A stretch of 64,000 nt of DNA from a virus (lineage: Duplodnaviria > Heunggongvirae > Uroviricota > Caudoviricetes), in IMG/VR virus record IMGVR_UViG_3300044846_001093, positions 1 through 64,000 of that record. The stretch is one strand, 5' to 3'. Below are positions 8,315 to 16,086 of this stretch, one piece after another. Both the position numbers and the translations under genes were made by a program. Numbering within the stretch: position 1 is the first letter of the stretch; each line of letters starts with the position of its first letter. The notes beneath the pieces are model-generated. The model did no database searches and was not told the DNA's origin. It was given only the letters and a program-made list of their open reading frames with translations.

Positions 8315-8342
8315 TTGACTCTTACCTGATTCCTGGTATAAT
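8315..8342 (+). promoter_or_regulatory. Early promoter P10 (TTGACT variant)
   Basis: ctgacttgactcttacctgattcctggtataatagagtc. Confidence 0.75.
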
Positions 8343-8401
8343 AGAGTCATACCAGAGAGAAAGATACCAAATCGTTTGAAGGATCGTTAAGGAGTAATGA
8401 T

Positions 8402-8584
8402 ATGGCTTACAATAATGGAAGCGGATATGACAAGGAAGCAGAATATGCTAAAAAGTCTATGACTGAATTGATCGCCATTCGTACCCAATTTGAATTGGCC
8501 GTGGTGAAACGTCCGAATGGTACATTCAATGAACACCTTGAATGGGTTAAGTTGAAAATTGCAGAACGCATTGGAAAGAAGTAA
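8402..8584 (+). CDS. Hypothetical early protein, 60 aa
   Basis: RBS taaggagtaatgatATG. Confidence 0.5.
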   Translation: MAYNNGSGYDKEAEYAKKSMTELIAIRTQFELAVVKRPNGTFNEHLEWVKLKIAERIGKK

Positions 8585-8585
8585 T

Positions 8586-8774
8586 ATGGCCGAAGTGAAG
8601 TTGGGAACACTGTATAAAGTCACAGTGACCGAATATGACTGTGGTGTCCAAAGGGTTGATGACAACGACACCAAGTATTTCACCACACTAGAGGAAGCGG
8701 AGAAGTATAAGGCACACTGGGAGACTGGTGGTAACCGCGAATGCTACTGGAGAGCCAGCATTACCAAAATGTGA
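8586..8774 (+). CDS. Hypothetical early protein, ~62 aa
   Basis: Start placed at MAEVKLG, immediately after the upstream stop. Confidence 0.45.
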   Translation: MAEVKLGTLYKVTVTEYDCGVQRVDDNDTKYFTTLEEAEKYKAHWETGGNRECYWRASITKM

Positions 8775-8775
8775 G

Positions 8776-8816
8776 TACTTTAGTCTTACACCAAGTTTAG
8801 TCAGGTATTGGTTGAC
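8776..8816 (+). repeat. 41-nt perfect direct repeat (copy B), immediately 5' of promoter P11
   Basis: Identical to 4378..4418. Confidence 0.8.
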
Positions 8817-8839
8817 TCTTACCGGATTCCTGGTATAAT
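8813..8839 (+). promoter_or_regulatory. Early promoter P11 (TTGACT variant)
   Basis: ggttgactcttaccggattcctggtataatagagtc. Confidence 0.75.
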
Positions 8840-8870
8840 AGAGTCATACCAGAGAGAAAGAGATACCAAG

Positions 8871-9053
8871 ATGAACTACACTGTCCAAGAACTCGCCCTC
8901 CAATACGCCGAAAAGCTGACCGCATATTACGAGGCTATGCAAAGCGACTGGGACGATAAAAGACGCCAAATCCAACGTGCGCGAGATGAAATGTATGCTG
9001 CACAAAACGCTTTGGCCTATGCCTGCGAACGCGCGGCTGAACTTCTGGCTTGA
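8871..9053 (+). CDS. Hypothetical early protein, 60 aa
   Basis: Start at MNYTVQEL after leader ...gagaaagagataccaag. Track ORF 8808 start lies upstream of the promoter. Confidence 0.5.
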   Translation: MNYTVQELALQYAEKLTAYYEAMQSDWDDKRRQIQRARDEMYAAQNALAYACERAAELLA

Positions 9054-9066
9054 ATAAGGAATTAAC

Positions 9067-9228
9067 ATGGAACCCCAATTGACTGTTGCGGAATTGATCC
9101 GCGTGTTGCAAGCATTGCCTAACCAGGACGCTTTGGTTGAGATGGCGATGAACCAAGAGTATCAGGACGCTGTGTATGCCTCGGACGTACATGTCTGGAG
9201 CGATGAACTGGTTATCATAGGAGAATAA
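9067..9228 (+). CDS. Hypothetical small early protein, 53 aa
   Basis: RBS aataaggaattaacATG. Confidence 0.4.
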   Translation: MEPQLTVAELIRVLQALPNQDALVEMAMNQEYQDAVYASDVHVWSDELVIIGE

Positions 9229-9231
9229 GAT

Positions 9232-9438
9232 ATGTCGTGGATATTAGATGGACAGAAAATCTCGGCTTGCTACCTTGGCATAGCCGTCACTGGTCGAGTT
9301 ATCTCCAGTCGCGTGAAGTATGGTGGCAGTGTCCAGTACTCCCTAGTACTGGACGAACCTGTCCAACTGCCATGGCGCACAGAATCTACCAGTTTTCTTC
9401 TGGTGGATAAGAACGAAGTTATTGAGGTGATTGGGTGA
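9232..9438 (+). CDS. Hypothetical early protein, 68 aa
   Basis: RBS ggagaataagatATG. Confidence 0.5.
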   Translation: MSWILDGQKISACYLGIAVTGRVISSRVKYGGSVQYSLVLDEPVQLPWRTESTSFLLVDKNEVIEVIG

Positions 9439-9702
9439 AGCATTACTTTGTGGTCTATAAGTCCTACCAAAGACCTGGGCTAGAGCACTTTGAGGTTGAT
9501 GCTGCTAATAAAGCCGAAGCCCGGAGACTGTTCCTGGAAGCCAACATCAAGCACGATTACATTATCAAGATCATCCTATGAGACAATGGACTGTTAGAGT
9601 TTACGATGGGTTTTCTACTCAAGAATTCCAGCGATACGGAACCTATGAACAAGTCCGCACAACCCTAGCTGGTTATCCTCCTGGATATATTTGGAGCATT
9701 CA

Positions 9703-9981
9703 ATGAACGAACGAATTAGAGAATTGTCGGATATCGCATACAAAAACCATCTAGCCAGGAATCCACATTCCTCCTTTGGTCGCCGATACGATTATGATAA
9801 AGAATTCGCCGAGTTGATTGTTCAGGAATGCATGACAATGTGCGACAATGTATCTGCTGATTATTTTAAGCATCGCAAAGCCGCAGATGATTTTCGAGAT
9901 AAGAATATCTATGCCGAAGGTGAATCGGCTTGTGACGAGGTACGATACGAGATTAAGAAACATTTCGGAGTTGAAGAATGA
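9703..9981 (+). CDS. MNERI/HFGVEE paralog family member 5, 92 aa
   Basis: MNERIRELSDIAY...KEFAELIVQECMT...KHFGVEE. Confidence 0.6.
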   Translation: MNERIRELSDIAYKNHLARNPHSSFGRRYDYDKEFAELIVQECMTMCDNVSADYFKHRKAADDFRDKNIYAEGESACDEVRYEIKKHFGVEE

Positions 9982-10181
9982 CCCTCTTAGCAATAATCGG
10001 CTTCATCGCCATTTGTATTGTCGCCATGTACTTTACCTTTACCAGCATCGTGTGGCTTTACGGCGCTTCACTCTTCGGTGCAGGTTTGACCAGACTCTTA
10101 GTCACGGGAGCCATCGCAGGTGGCATGTGGACTCTAGCATGGCATCTTTCACCATTCACAATCTCAGTAAATCTTACCTAA
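9978..10181 (+). CDS. Small integral membrane protein, 67 aa
   Basis: ATGA overlap. Two TM-like segments. Confidence 0.45.
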   Translation: MTLLAIIGFIAICIVAMYFTFTSIVWLYGASLFGAGLTRLLVTGAIAGGMWTLAWHLSPFTISVNLT

Positions 10182-10195
10182 CACGGAGTCCAAGA

Positions 10196-10480
10196 ATGAA
10201 CGAACGAATTAAAGAACTTGCAGAACAGGCTGGATTGAAAGTTGAATACTTTATGGCCAATCCACCCAAGCCCTTTCAGATTCTCGGCAGCACTGAGCAG
10301 TTTGAAAAGTTCGCCGAGAAGATTGTGAAAGAATGTACTGAACAAATCAAGACACAGGGTATCAACGCCTCTAGTGAAGATTATGGCGATTATGAAATAG
10401 GATTTAACGCAGGGTTATTTCATGCCCTTCGCACAACCAAAGAACATTTCGGAGTGGATTATAATCCAGTTGAAGAATGA
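10196..10480 (+). CDS. MNERI/HFGVEE paralog family member 6, 94 aa
   Basis: MNERIKELAEQAGL...EKFAEKIVKECTE...EHFGVDYNPVEE. RBS acacggagtccaagaATG. Confidence 0.6.
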   Translation: MNERIKELAEQAGLKVEYFMANPPKPFQILGSTEQFEKFAEKIVKECTEQIKTQGINASSEDYGDYEIGFNAGLFHALRTTKEHFGVDYNPVEE

Positions 10481-10722
10481 AAACAGTATACCTGGTCTGT
10501 AGCACAGTTGATCTTGGTTATCATGCCGAGTATGGTTACACCTCAATTGAAAAAGCTGAAGCTAAGATGGTTGAACTGGTCACCCTGGCTAAAGAGCGGT
10601 ACATCAATTCAGCCATGACACCATCCCTTTATAACCTATTTCCTGTATACGAAAAGGTTGTCCAAGACGCCGAACGTTATCATGAGAAATATGAAATTGC
10701 ATCAGTGGAGATTGAAGAATGA
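10477..10722 (+). CDS. Hypothetical early protein, 81 aa
   Basis: ATGA overlap. Last gene before P12. Confidence 0.5.
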   Translation: MKTVYLVCSTVDLGYHAEYGYTSIEKAEAKMVELVTLAKERYINSAMTPSLYNLFPVYEKVVQDAERYHEKYEIASVEIEE

Positions 10723-10737
10723 GAACTTTCTTCTGAC

Positions 10738-10765
10738 TTGACAATTCCACCAGTCCTGGTATAAT
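10738..10765 (+). promoter_or_regulatory. Early promoter P12 (cassette family); no obvious downstream ORF
   Basis: tgacttgacaattccaccagtcctggtataatagaatt. Confidence 0.7.
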
Positions 10766-11006
10766 AGAATTGTCGAACAGAGGGGGATGGACGGTGGGAG
10801 TGGGCGTCCATATAGTCTGCTTCTTGTATGGAAGCAAAATGCTTATACTTGCTTCATCCTAAGAAAGCACCAGGTAACCTACGGATAGGTGCTACCATAC
10901 TAACCAGTGCAATAACCATCAATGGATCGTATATCCGAAATCCTTGTCCTGATTCCTCTTTAGAATCAACAACTTACAACCGCCCAAACCGAGAATTTAT
11001 CAAAAT

Positions 11007-11195
11007 TCAATTTAAGGCCATTGCTTCCTTTCGTGTTTTGAATGGACCAGCGACCAGTGTCATACCTTCTTGGGCATGATATTGTTCCAGTGTCAATCGA
11101 TTTTCATCTGGGCTTACAGTAGCATCCCAACGATGGTCATCCATTCTACCATCAGCCAACCGAACGCTGTACCAAACAAATCTACCGTAACTCAT
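11007..11195 (-). CDS. Hypothetical protein, 62 aa
   Basis: RBS ggaagaaggagatagattATG. Driven by minus-strand cassette promoter P13. Confidence 0.45.
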   Translation of the reverse strand: MSYGRFVWYSVRLADGRMDDHRWDATVSPDENRLTLEQYHAQEGMTLVAGPFKTRKEAMALN

Positions 11196-11217
11196 AATCT
11201 ATCTCCTTCTTCCATAC

Positions 11218-11246
11218 AATTATACCATGGTTCCAGGTAATTGTCA
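11218..11246 (-). promoter_or_regulatory. Cassette-family promoter P13 on the minus strand
   Basis: Reverse complement reads acttgacaattacctggaaccatggtataattg. Confidence 0.7.
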
Positions 11247-11260
11247 AGTCAGTGGATAGT

Positions 11261-11671
11261 TCAAACTTTGAGTATCAGGTTCCGCTTCATCACTTTACAG
11301 GAACACCACTCATTGTACCATCTGTCACTCAGTAACGCCTCAAACTGAAATATGTAATGAGTCTCATAATAGGTGCATTCGCTCTTACTCTTACACAGGC
11401 GGATTATGTACCTCTCAAAATTCTCTACCCCAAGTGTAGCAACATCCTCTAGTAATACTTTATTTGATCCATAGTAGTCTTGCCAATCACTTGCAAGGCG
11501 GAGCTTCTTCCTCTTACCCTTTACTGTTCTATAGCCAGCTTTGGTGAAAAACTTCTTACCAACATACCGGCGCCCTGTCACCTTGTTTCGTATAACGTAG
11601 ATGAAACCCCAGTGCCCATCTAGCATTTCATCGGTGACTGGCTTATCACCATCAATCGTCCATGCTGTCAT
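11261..11671 (-). CDS. GIY-YIG endonuclease (homing-endonuclease-like), 136 aa
   Basis: GFIYVIRNKVTGRRYVGKK matches the GIY...YIG motif. Confidence 0.6.
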   Translation of the reverse strand: MTAWTIDGDKPVTDEMLDGHWGFIYVIRNKVTGRRYVGKKFFTKAGYRTVKGKRKKLRLASDWQDYYGSNKVLLEDVATLGVENFERYIIRLCKSKSECTYYETHYIFQFEALLSDRWYNEWCSCKVMKRNLILKV

Positions 11672-11810
11672 CGGACTCCTCTGAAGGATTGTCTATGATG
11701 TATTCAGCGCAAAAAGGGCAATGGATCGGATCAGCGTTGCAAACCTCCTCATCATATACTATCTTGAAGGTGTTATCGCAATTCTCGCATTCGTGCTTTA
11801 TTGTATTCAT
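11652..11810 (-). CDS. Small zinc-ribbon protein, 52 aa
   Basis: ECENCDN...HCPFCAEY. RBS gaggaaatgcATG. ATGA-style overlap with GIY-YIG start. Confidence 0.35.
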   Translation of the reverse strand: MNTIKHECENCDNTFKIVYDEEVCNADPIHCPFCAEYIIDNPSEESDDSMDD

Positions 11811-11822
11811 GCATTTCCTCTA

Positions 11823-12140
11823 TTATAACCATGAGGTATCGTCCTCATCGTGATATGTATGCATGTTATCTGTGGTCAAAGGAATGTCCAGCATCCAATC
11901 CGGATCCTCTAGGACGTATTCACCGGACCGCTCAAGTGCTCTATTCTTATTGAGGCGACTGGCAAAATCCGATGCGATGGACCTGGTGGCGGCACCTTCA
12001 GGACTCGCGTGATAGGCCAATAGTTTCGCGGACTTCTGCGCCTTCAAGTCATCGGACTGTGGGCGTTTATTGCCACAGGATTGACCGCAAAAACGTCCTC
12101 TTTTGGTGTGGTTTACTCCACATACCGGACATGTTTTCAT
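11823..12140 (-). CDS. Hypothetical protein with N-terminal zinc-finger (CPVCG...FCGQSCG), 105 aa
   Basis: ORF with Cys motif. Confidence 0.5.
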   Translation of the reverse strand: MKTCPVCGVNHTKRGRFCGQSCGNKRPQSDDLKAQKSAKLLAYHASPEGAATRSIASDFASRLNKNRALERSGEYVLEDPDWMLDIPLTTDNMHTYHDEDDTSWL

Positions 12141-12227
12141 AATGCAATATTTATAGGAAACGTCAGTAGTGGAGTTGCAATGAAATAATATTGCTTGAAT
12201 TACACCAATATTGAAAGGATATTGCTA

Positions 12228-12416
12228 TTATTTCAGTGATTGAGCTATCTTCTGTGCCATTTCCATCAGTTGGTTATACTCATTCACCATCTCTTGGTAC
12301 CTATTTGTCTTGAATGATATACTGCTATATGTGGCTGATTCAAACTCTGCTTGTTTACCATTGATATAGTATTGAATAAGCTCTTGGACTTTTTTGTTGA
12401 TTGCTTCATTTGTCAT
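12228..12416 (-). CDS. Hypothetical protein, 62 aa
   Basis: ORF in minus-strand series. Confidence 0.4.
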   Translation of the reverse strand: MTNEAINKKVQELIQYYINGKQAEFESATYSSISFKTNRYQEMVNEYNQLMEMAQKIAQSLK

Positions 12417-12434
12417 TTGGTTTTTCCTTTTTGT

Positions 12435-12650
12435 TTACCAGTCTGATTCGTCTGTAATGGATACTGTTACTGTTGTGGCATAGTTGTTTATTGGTGCGTC
12501 TACACTTGCGGTGAGGATTGATCCTATACCGGATGTGCTATCGCATTCTATTGTTACTCTTGGTGTATCTGGGAATGCGTCTATGAATTTTTGAATGTCT
12601 ATTAGTTCTTGTCTGCTTAGGATGATTTTAGGCATTGTTCTATGCTCCAT
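12435..12650 (-). CDS. Hypothetical protein, 71 aa
   Basis: ORF. Confidence 0.4.
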   Translation of the reverse strand: MEHRTMPKIILSRQELIDIQKFIDAFPDTPRVTIECDSTSGIGSILTASVDAPINNYATTVTVSITDESDW

Positions 12651-13420
12651 GGGTTGGGTAAATATTTGCTCTGTTCTGGTGGTAGGATTTGTTCTGCATC
12701 GCCGTTGCGTCTGTTACTGTATATTACCTCAAACTTACAATTGTTTACTCGTTGATATGCTTCCACTACCTCTTTTACTGTATATCCATTACCGCTGCTT
12801 AGGTGTTCTATCCTATTGGCTGGCGCTGTGATTGCTTTACTGATTGCTTCACATAATTGGTGGATGTGGATATAGTCACGGATTGCTGTTCCGTCGCGTG
12901 TGTTATAGTCACTACCATGAATTGTGAATGGTTGGTGCTTGCGATTAGCTTCCATGAGATTATACATCAAGCCGTCTGCATTCGTTGGCTTACCGCCTAG
13001 CACGTTGTAGAACCGGAAGGTGGTATATTTGGCTCTTTGTGCTACCAGTGCTTCCGATGCTAGTTTACTCACTGCATATGGGCTTGTTGGATTGGCTGCG
13101 GCTCCGGTGCTTGCAAAGATAAAATGACCAGGGATTGCTAATGCATTCTTTGTGCCGATCAAATTAGTTTCATAGTAGGACCATGGTTGCGTGGTGCTTT
13201 CACCGACTTTGACTTGTGCTGCTAAATGTATCACCACATCATAGCGTGGAAGGTACATGGGCATTGGTTCTCTAATGTCATGGATGTATTGTGTCGCTAG
13301 TTTCACCTGTGCTGGTGCTATGTCAAGCCCATGCAATTGGTGCTCTGTGTGCTTCAGCAAATACTCCGACAGGTAACTGCCAATGTAGCCGGAGTTTCCG
13401 GTGATGAGTATCTTAGCCAA
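12617..13420 (-). CDS. NAD(P)-dependent sugar epimerase/dehydratase (extended SDR), 267 aa
   Basis: Rossmann motif ITGNSGYIGS. Catalytic YAVSK (YxxxK). Confidence 0.7.
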   Translation of the reverse strand: MAKILITGNSGYIGSYLSEYLLKHTEHQLHGLDIAPAQVKLATQYIHDIREPMPMYLPRYDVVIHLAAQVKVGESTTQPWSYYETNLIGTKNALAIPGHFIFASTGAAANPTSPYAVSKLASEALVAQRAKYTTFRFYNVLGGKPTNADGLMYNLMEANRKHQPFTIHGSDYNTRDGTAIRDYIHIHQLCEAISKAITAPANRIEHLSSGNGYTVKEVVEAYQRVNNCKFEVIYSNRRNGDAEQILPPEQSKYLPNPWSIEQCLKSS

Positions 13421-13422
13421 TT

Positions 13423-13770
13423 TCAGTCCGCTCCTCTTGCACCGCTTGGCTTACCGTGGTGCTCTAGGACCATTCGTGCTTTGTGCATTGCTTTGGCTGG
13501 CAACTTTGAATCAAATTTATGGCTCAACCATATGATTTCATAGATTTGTGTTGCTTCAGGTTTGAGATACCAGGTGCCGATGAATGAGCCATGGATTTCT
13601 TGGTGACCTCTGAGCATATTCGGATCACTGGCATACCGATAGGTATATTGCTCCAGTCTTTCAGGATGATTGCTTCTGATATCACGAACATAGTCCTCAT
13701 ATTCATTCCAAGTGCCTGCTATGATCCAATAGAATGGTTTACTCTTGAGGTCCATCACCTTTGGCTCCAT
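13423..13770 (-). CDS. Hypothetical protein, 115 aa
   Basis: ORF. Confidence 0.45.
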   Translation of the reverse strand: MEPKVMDLKSKPFYWIIAGTWNEYEDYVRDIRSNHPERLEQYTYRYASDPNMLRGHQEIHGSFIGTWYLKPEATQIYEIIWLSHKFDSKLPAKAMHKARMVLEHHGKPSGARGAD

Positions 13771-14326
13771 ATAAAATTTGCATCACATCAAGGATACAAT
13801 CGTCCACTGGATTGTGCTTTGTAATTTCAAGGAATGAGTCCCATTTTGGATAGTCCACTTTTACATACCCATTCTTGGTACCATACAGAAAATCTACCGC
13901 TGTTCGGACATCCCGCCATCTGTAGTGTGGGAACACATGCTCCAACTCGCATTGCTCAACGATATCATCCAGCACTAACTGATCCAGATTACCTCGGGCC
14001 CATACCCAACTGTCCGGTTCATCGTATGACCTAGCCCACTTACACATTCTTTCATAGCCCTGTTCAAATGGCACATCAATTGCGGATGGCTTGAAGGACT
14101 TGATTCTCACGTTCTCGCATTGCTTTGACCACCATTCAATGGTGCTCTTGTCACTCTCACGTTTCAGGCGTTGGATTTGGTCCGATACACTGAATTTAGC
14201 AAAGAAGGTATTGCCTCTCAGTGTCTCGGGTCTTGGCTTAGACTCAGGATCAAACCAGGTACAGGCCATTGATAGAATAACAGAATTGGATCGCTTACCT
14301 AGCGTCTCCACATCAAACATAAACAT
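13739..14326 (-). CDS. dexA: 3'-5' exonuclease, T4 DexA-like (DEDD family), 195 aa
   Basis: MFMFDVETLG exo motif I. STIEWWSKQ and C-terminal HNPVDDCILDV resemble T4 DexA. Confidence 0.75.
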   Translation of the reverse strand: MFMFDVETLGKRSNSVILSMACTWFDPESKPRPETLRGNTFFAKFSVSDQIQRLKRESDKSTIEWWSKQCENVRIKSFKPSAIDVPFEQGYERMCKWARSYDEPDSWVWARGNLDQLVLDDIVEQCELEHVFPHYRWRDVRTAVDFLYGTKNGYVKVDYPKWDSFLEITKHNPVDDCILDVMQILYGAKGDGPQE

Positions 14327-14628
14327 TATTTACGGGCCCTTCCGCATTCAAATGCGGCTTTCAAATAGTCAATCACAATCTGCTTGGTCTTTGTGTCCTC
14401 AGCATCAAACCATGATAGGAGCCACTCTGATCGCATACTGAATCCTTGCAGTTCATTGAACCAGTCGTCAAACTCTTCATATTCGTACCGCGTCAGGATA
14501 TTGCATTGTGATAGTGGACCATCCACATATTCCGAGTGGCATGTATCACACTGATAATAAAATAGGTTGTCGCTGAGTTTTATCTCCGCTTGGCCCTCGC
14601 CACAAACATCACAGGTTCTTGTTTTCAT
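14326..14628 (-). CDS. Hypothetical zinc-finger protein, 100 aa
   Basis: CDVCG...CDTCH. Confidence 0.45.
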   Translation of the reverse strand: MKTRTCDVCGEGQAEIKLSDNLFYYQCDTCHSEYVDGPLSQCNILTRYEYEEFDDWFNELQGFSMRSEWLLSWFDAEDTKTKQIVIDYLKAAFECGRARK

Positions 14629-14977
14629 TGTATATTTCCACGTTGTTCAAAATTGGTTCTTTGATTGTCTTACTTAGATGCACGAATGTTCTGAATTGTT
14701 TGCACCATGGTATGTCAGTCCGGATCACGTATGCCCACAGTCCACCACGTATCACGGCATCAACAGGACCAACATGCTGCTCATCGCATTTGAATGCTAT
14801 ACATTGGTGTGGTTCATCATTGGTTAATTTACCATTGTGTGTTGCGCACCAACGGTGACCGAATTCGTGATTGGTTATCACCTCAGTGATTTCAATCCAA
14901 GGCGGGATCGTATTCATGTATGCATTGAAATACTTCCAGTCATTGAATTGTGGATCAACCCATAACAATGTCTTCAT
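14609..14977 (-). CDS. Putative small zinc metallopeptidase (HExxH), 122 aa
   Basis: ITNHEFGHRW. Confidence 0.4.
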   Translation of the reverse strand: MKTLLWVDPQFNDWKYFNAYMNTIPPWIEITEVITNHEFGHRWCATHNGKLTNDEPHQCIAFKCDEQHVGPVDAVIRGGLWAYVIRTDIPWCKQFRTFVHLSKTIKEPILNNVEIYNENKNL

Positions 14978-15168
14978 AGGTAGTCACCACTATATTGTCT
15001 GCGAATATATTCAAACACTTGTTTGTGATCATAGTCCCACACATCCGCGGGTGTCTTCATATCAAACGAATGATTTGGTGTGTTCCACCACAGATTGACC
15101 AGCCGTTGATTACCGAGTAATGGCATCAGTAACCGATTCATTCTCTCAACCTCATCATCAATTTTCAC
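14974..15168 (-). CDS. Hypothetical protein, 64 aa
   Basis: ATGA overlap. Confidence 0.4.
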   Translation of the reverse strand: MKIDDEVERMNRLLMPLLGNQRLVNLWWNTPNHSFDMKTPADVWDYDHKQVFEYIRRQYSGDYL

Positions 15169-15443
15169 AATATTCTTTCATCTTGATATGAATAACCTTT
15201 ACCAAATACAATACCGAGAACGGTAATTGTTGTCAGTTCGTGACCATCATAATAAAATTGCTCATAGTCAAACAATCTAGCATCAATACCAAACAGAACA
15301 TACCAGTTTTCTTCATGCTCCCAATATTTACCACCATCATATGGATTAGGCGCAGCGTACCACTTGATCCTATAGTTCCAGTACAATATTTTGTTGAGTA
15401 ACTCAAAACGAGGTGTGTATTTCATGAGCCTATTATACTCCAA
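15165..15443 (-). CDS. Hypothetical protein, 92 aa (start uncertain; may be M7 at 15425)
   Basis: ORF. A minus-strand sigma70-like promoter overlaps its 5' end. Confidence 0.4.
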   Translation of the reverse strand: MEYNRLMKYTPRFELLNKILYWNYRIKWYAAPNPYDGGKYWEHEENWYVLFGIDARLFDYEQFYYDGHELTTITVLGIVFGKGYSYQDERIL

Positions 15444-15460
15444 AGAAAATCCCGAGTCAA
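15432..15460 (-). promoter_or_regulatory. Sigma70-like promoter (TTGACT-17-TATAAT) embedded in a terminator hairpin
   Basis: Minus strand reads gagcTTGACTcgggattttctttggagTATAATagg. The -10 context resembles the early cassette. Confidence 0.4.
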
Positions 15461-15470
15461 GCTCGGGATT
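15448..15470 (-). terminator. Rho-independent terminator (9-bp stem, U-tract on minus strand)
   Basis: aatcccgag-tcaag-ctcgggatt, then uuuucuuugg on the minus strand. Downstream of gene 15550..16086. Confidence 0.55.
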
Positions 15471-15549
15471 GATTGTTTACCGTAGCATCAGATATGTTTA
15501 ACACACTGAATGGGCATTCATTTGAACGAATACCAAAGTAACTGGTGCG

Positions 15550-16086
15550 TCACAAAATAGAAGCCGGTTTTTGCCATAATCGAGTGACATCTGCATATCC
15601 ATCTGATAATATACAACCGGGATTGAATCTGGAAATTAGCGCATCATGTTTGGGTCCAGCAGTGTAACCTTTCCATCTTGCGCCTATAGTTGACATTTCA
15701 ATTCCTTCATCCCATTTTTGAGCGGAGAATAATGCGAATCCTGCACACCATGCTCTCTCAACTATTCCTTTGCCATGTTGTTGACCAGGCTTCTGTATTC
15801 TTTTTTCCAAATCTTCTTTCGTGAGTTTATTCCATGCAGATTGTGGAACTTCAATATTCTCCACTCCAGGATGTTCATGTAGAGGAATGAGAGGATTTGG
15901 GTGAATGAAATACATTTCAAACTGATAGCGACCACTTCTAAAAAGACACGTTGCTGTGGCATCATCAGATAAAAATACTTCTGGTCTAGGCGGCATGAGT
16001 ATAGGCATACCCGAATTCAGATACCAGTAAGTGAATTCCACCAGATTTTCAAATTTAGGAACATCCTCATGAGTGATATTACGCAT
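15550..16086 (-). CDS. Cupin-fold protein, 178 aa
   Basis: IPLHEHPGVENIEV matches cupin motif 1 (HxH...E). Confidence 0.45.
   Translation of the reverse strand: MRNITHEDVPKFENLVEFTYWYLNSGMPILMPPRPEVFLSDDATATCLFRSGRYQFEMYFIHPNPLIPLHEHPGVENIEVPQSAWNKLTKEDLEKRIQKPGQQHGKGIVERAWCAGFALFSAQKWDEGIEMSTIGARWKGYTAGPKHDALISRFNPGCILSDGYADVTRLWQKPASIL

Noticed and set aside
9848-10480. 210-aa ORF in the six-frame track
   Set aside because: The N-terminal 116 codons run antisense-like through the upstream genes in a different frame and have an Arg/Leu-rich nonsense composition. The real gene is the in-frame MNERI family member starting at 10196 with its own RBS.
10786-10890. 33-aa ORF after P12 with GAGGGGG immediately before the ATG
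   Set aside because: SD-ATG spacing of about 0-1 nt is non-functional. More likely part of a non-coding or antisense transcript.
12148-12155. TATAAATA box 7 nt upstream of the ATG of gene 11823..12140
   Set aside because: Too close to the start codon for a late promoter with an SD-containing leader. Likely fortuitous in AT-rich sequence.
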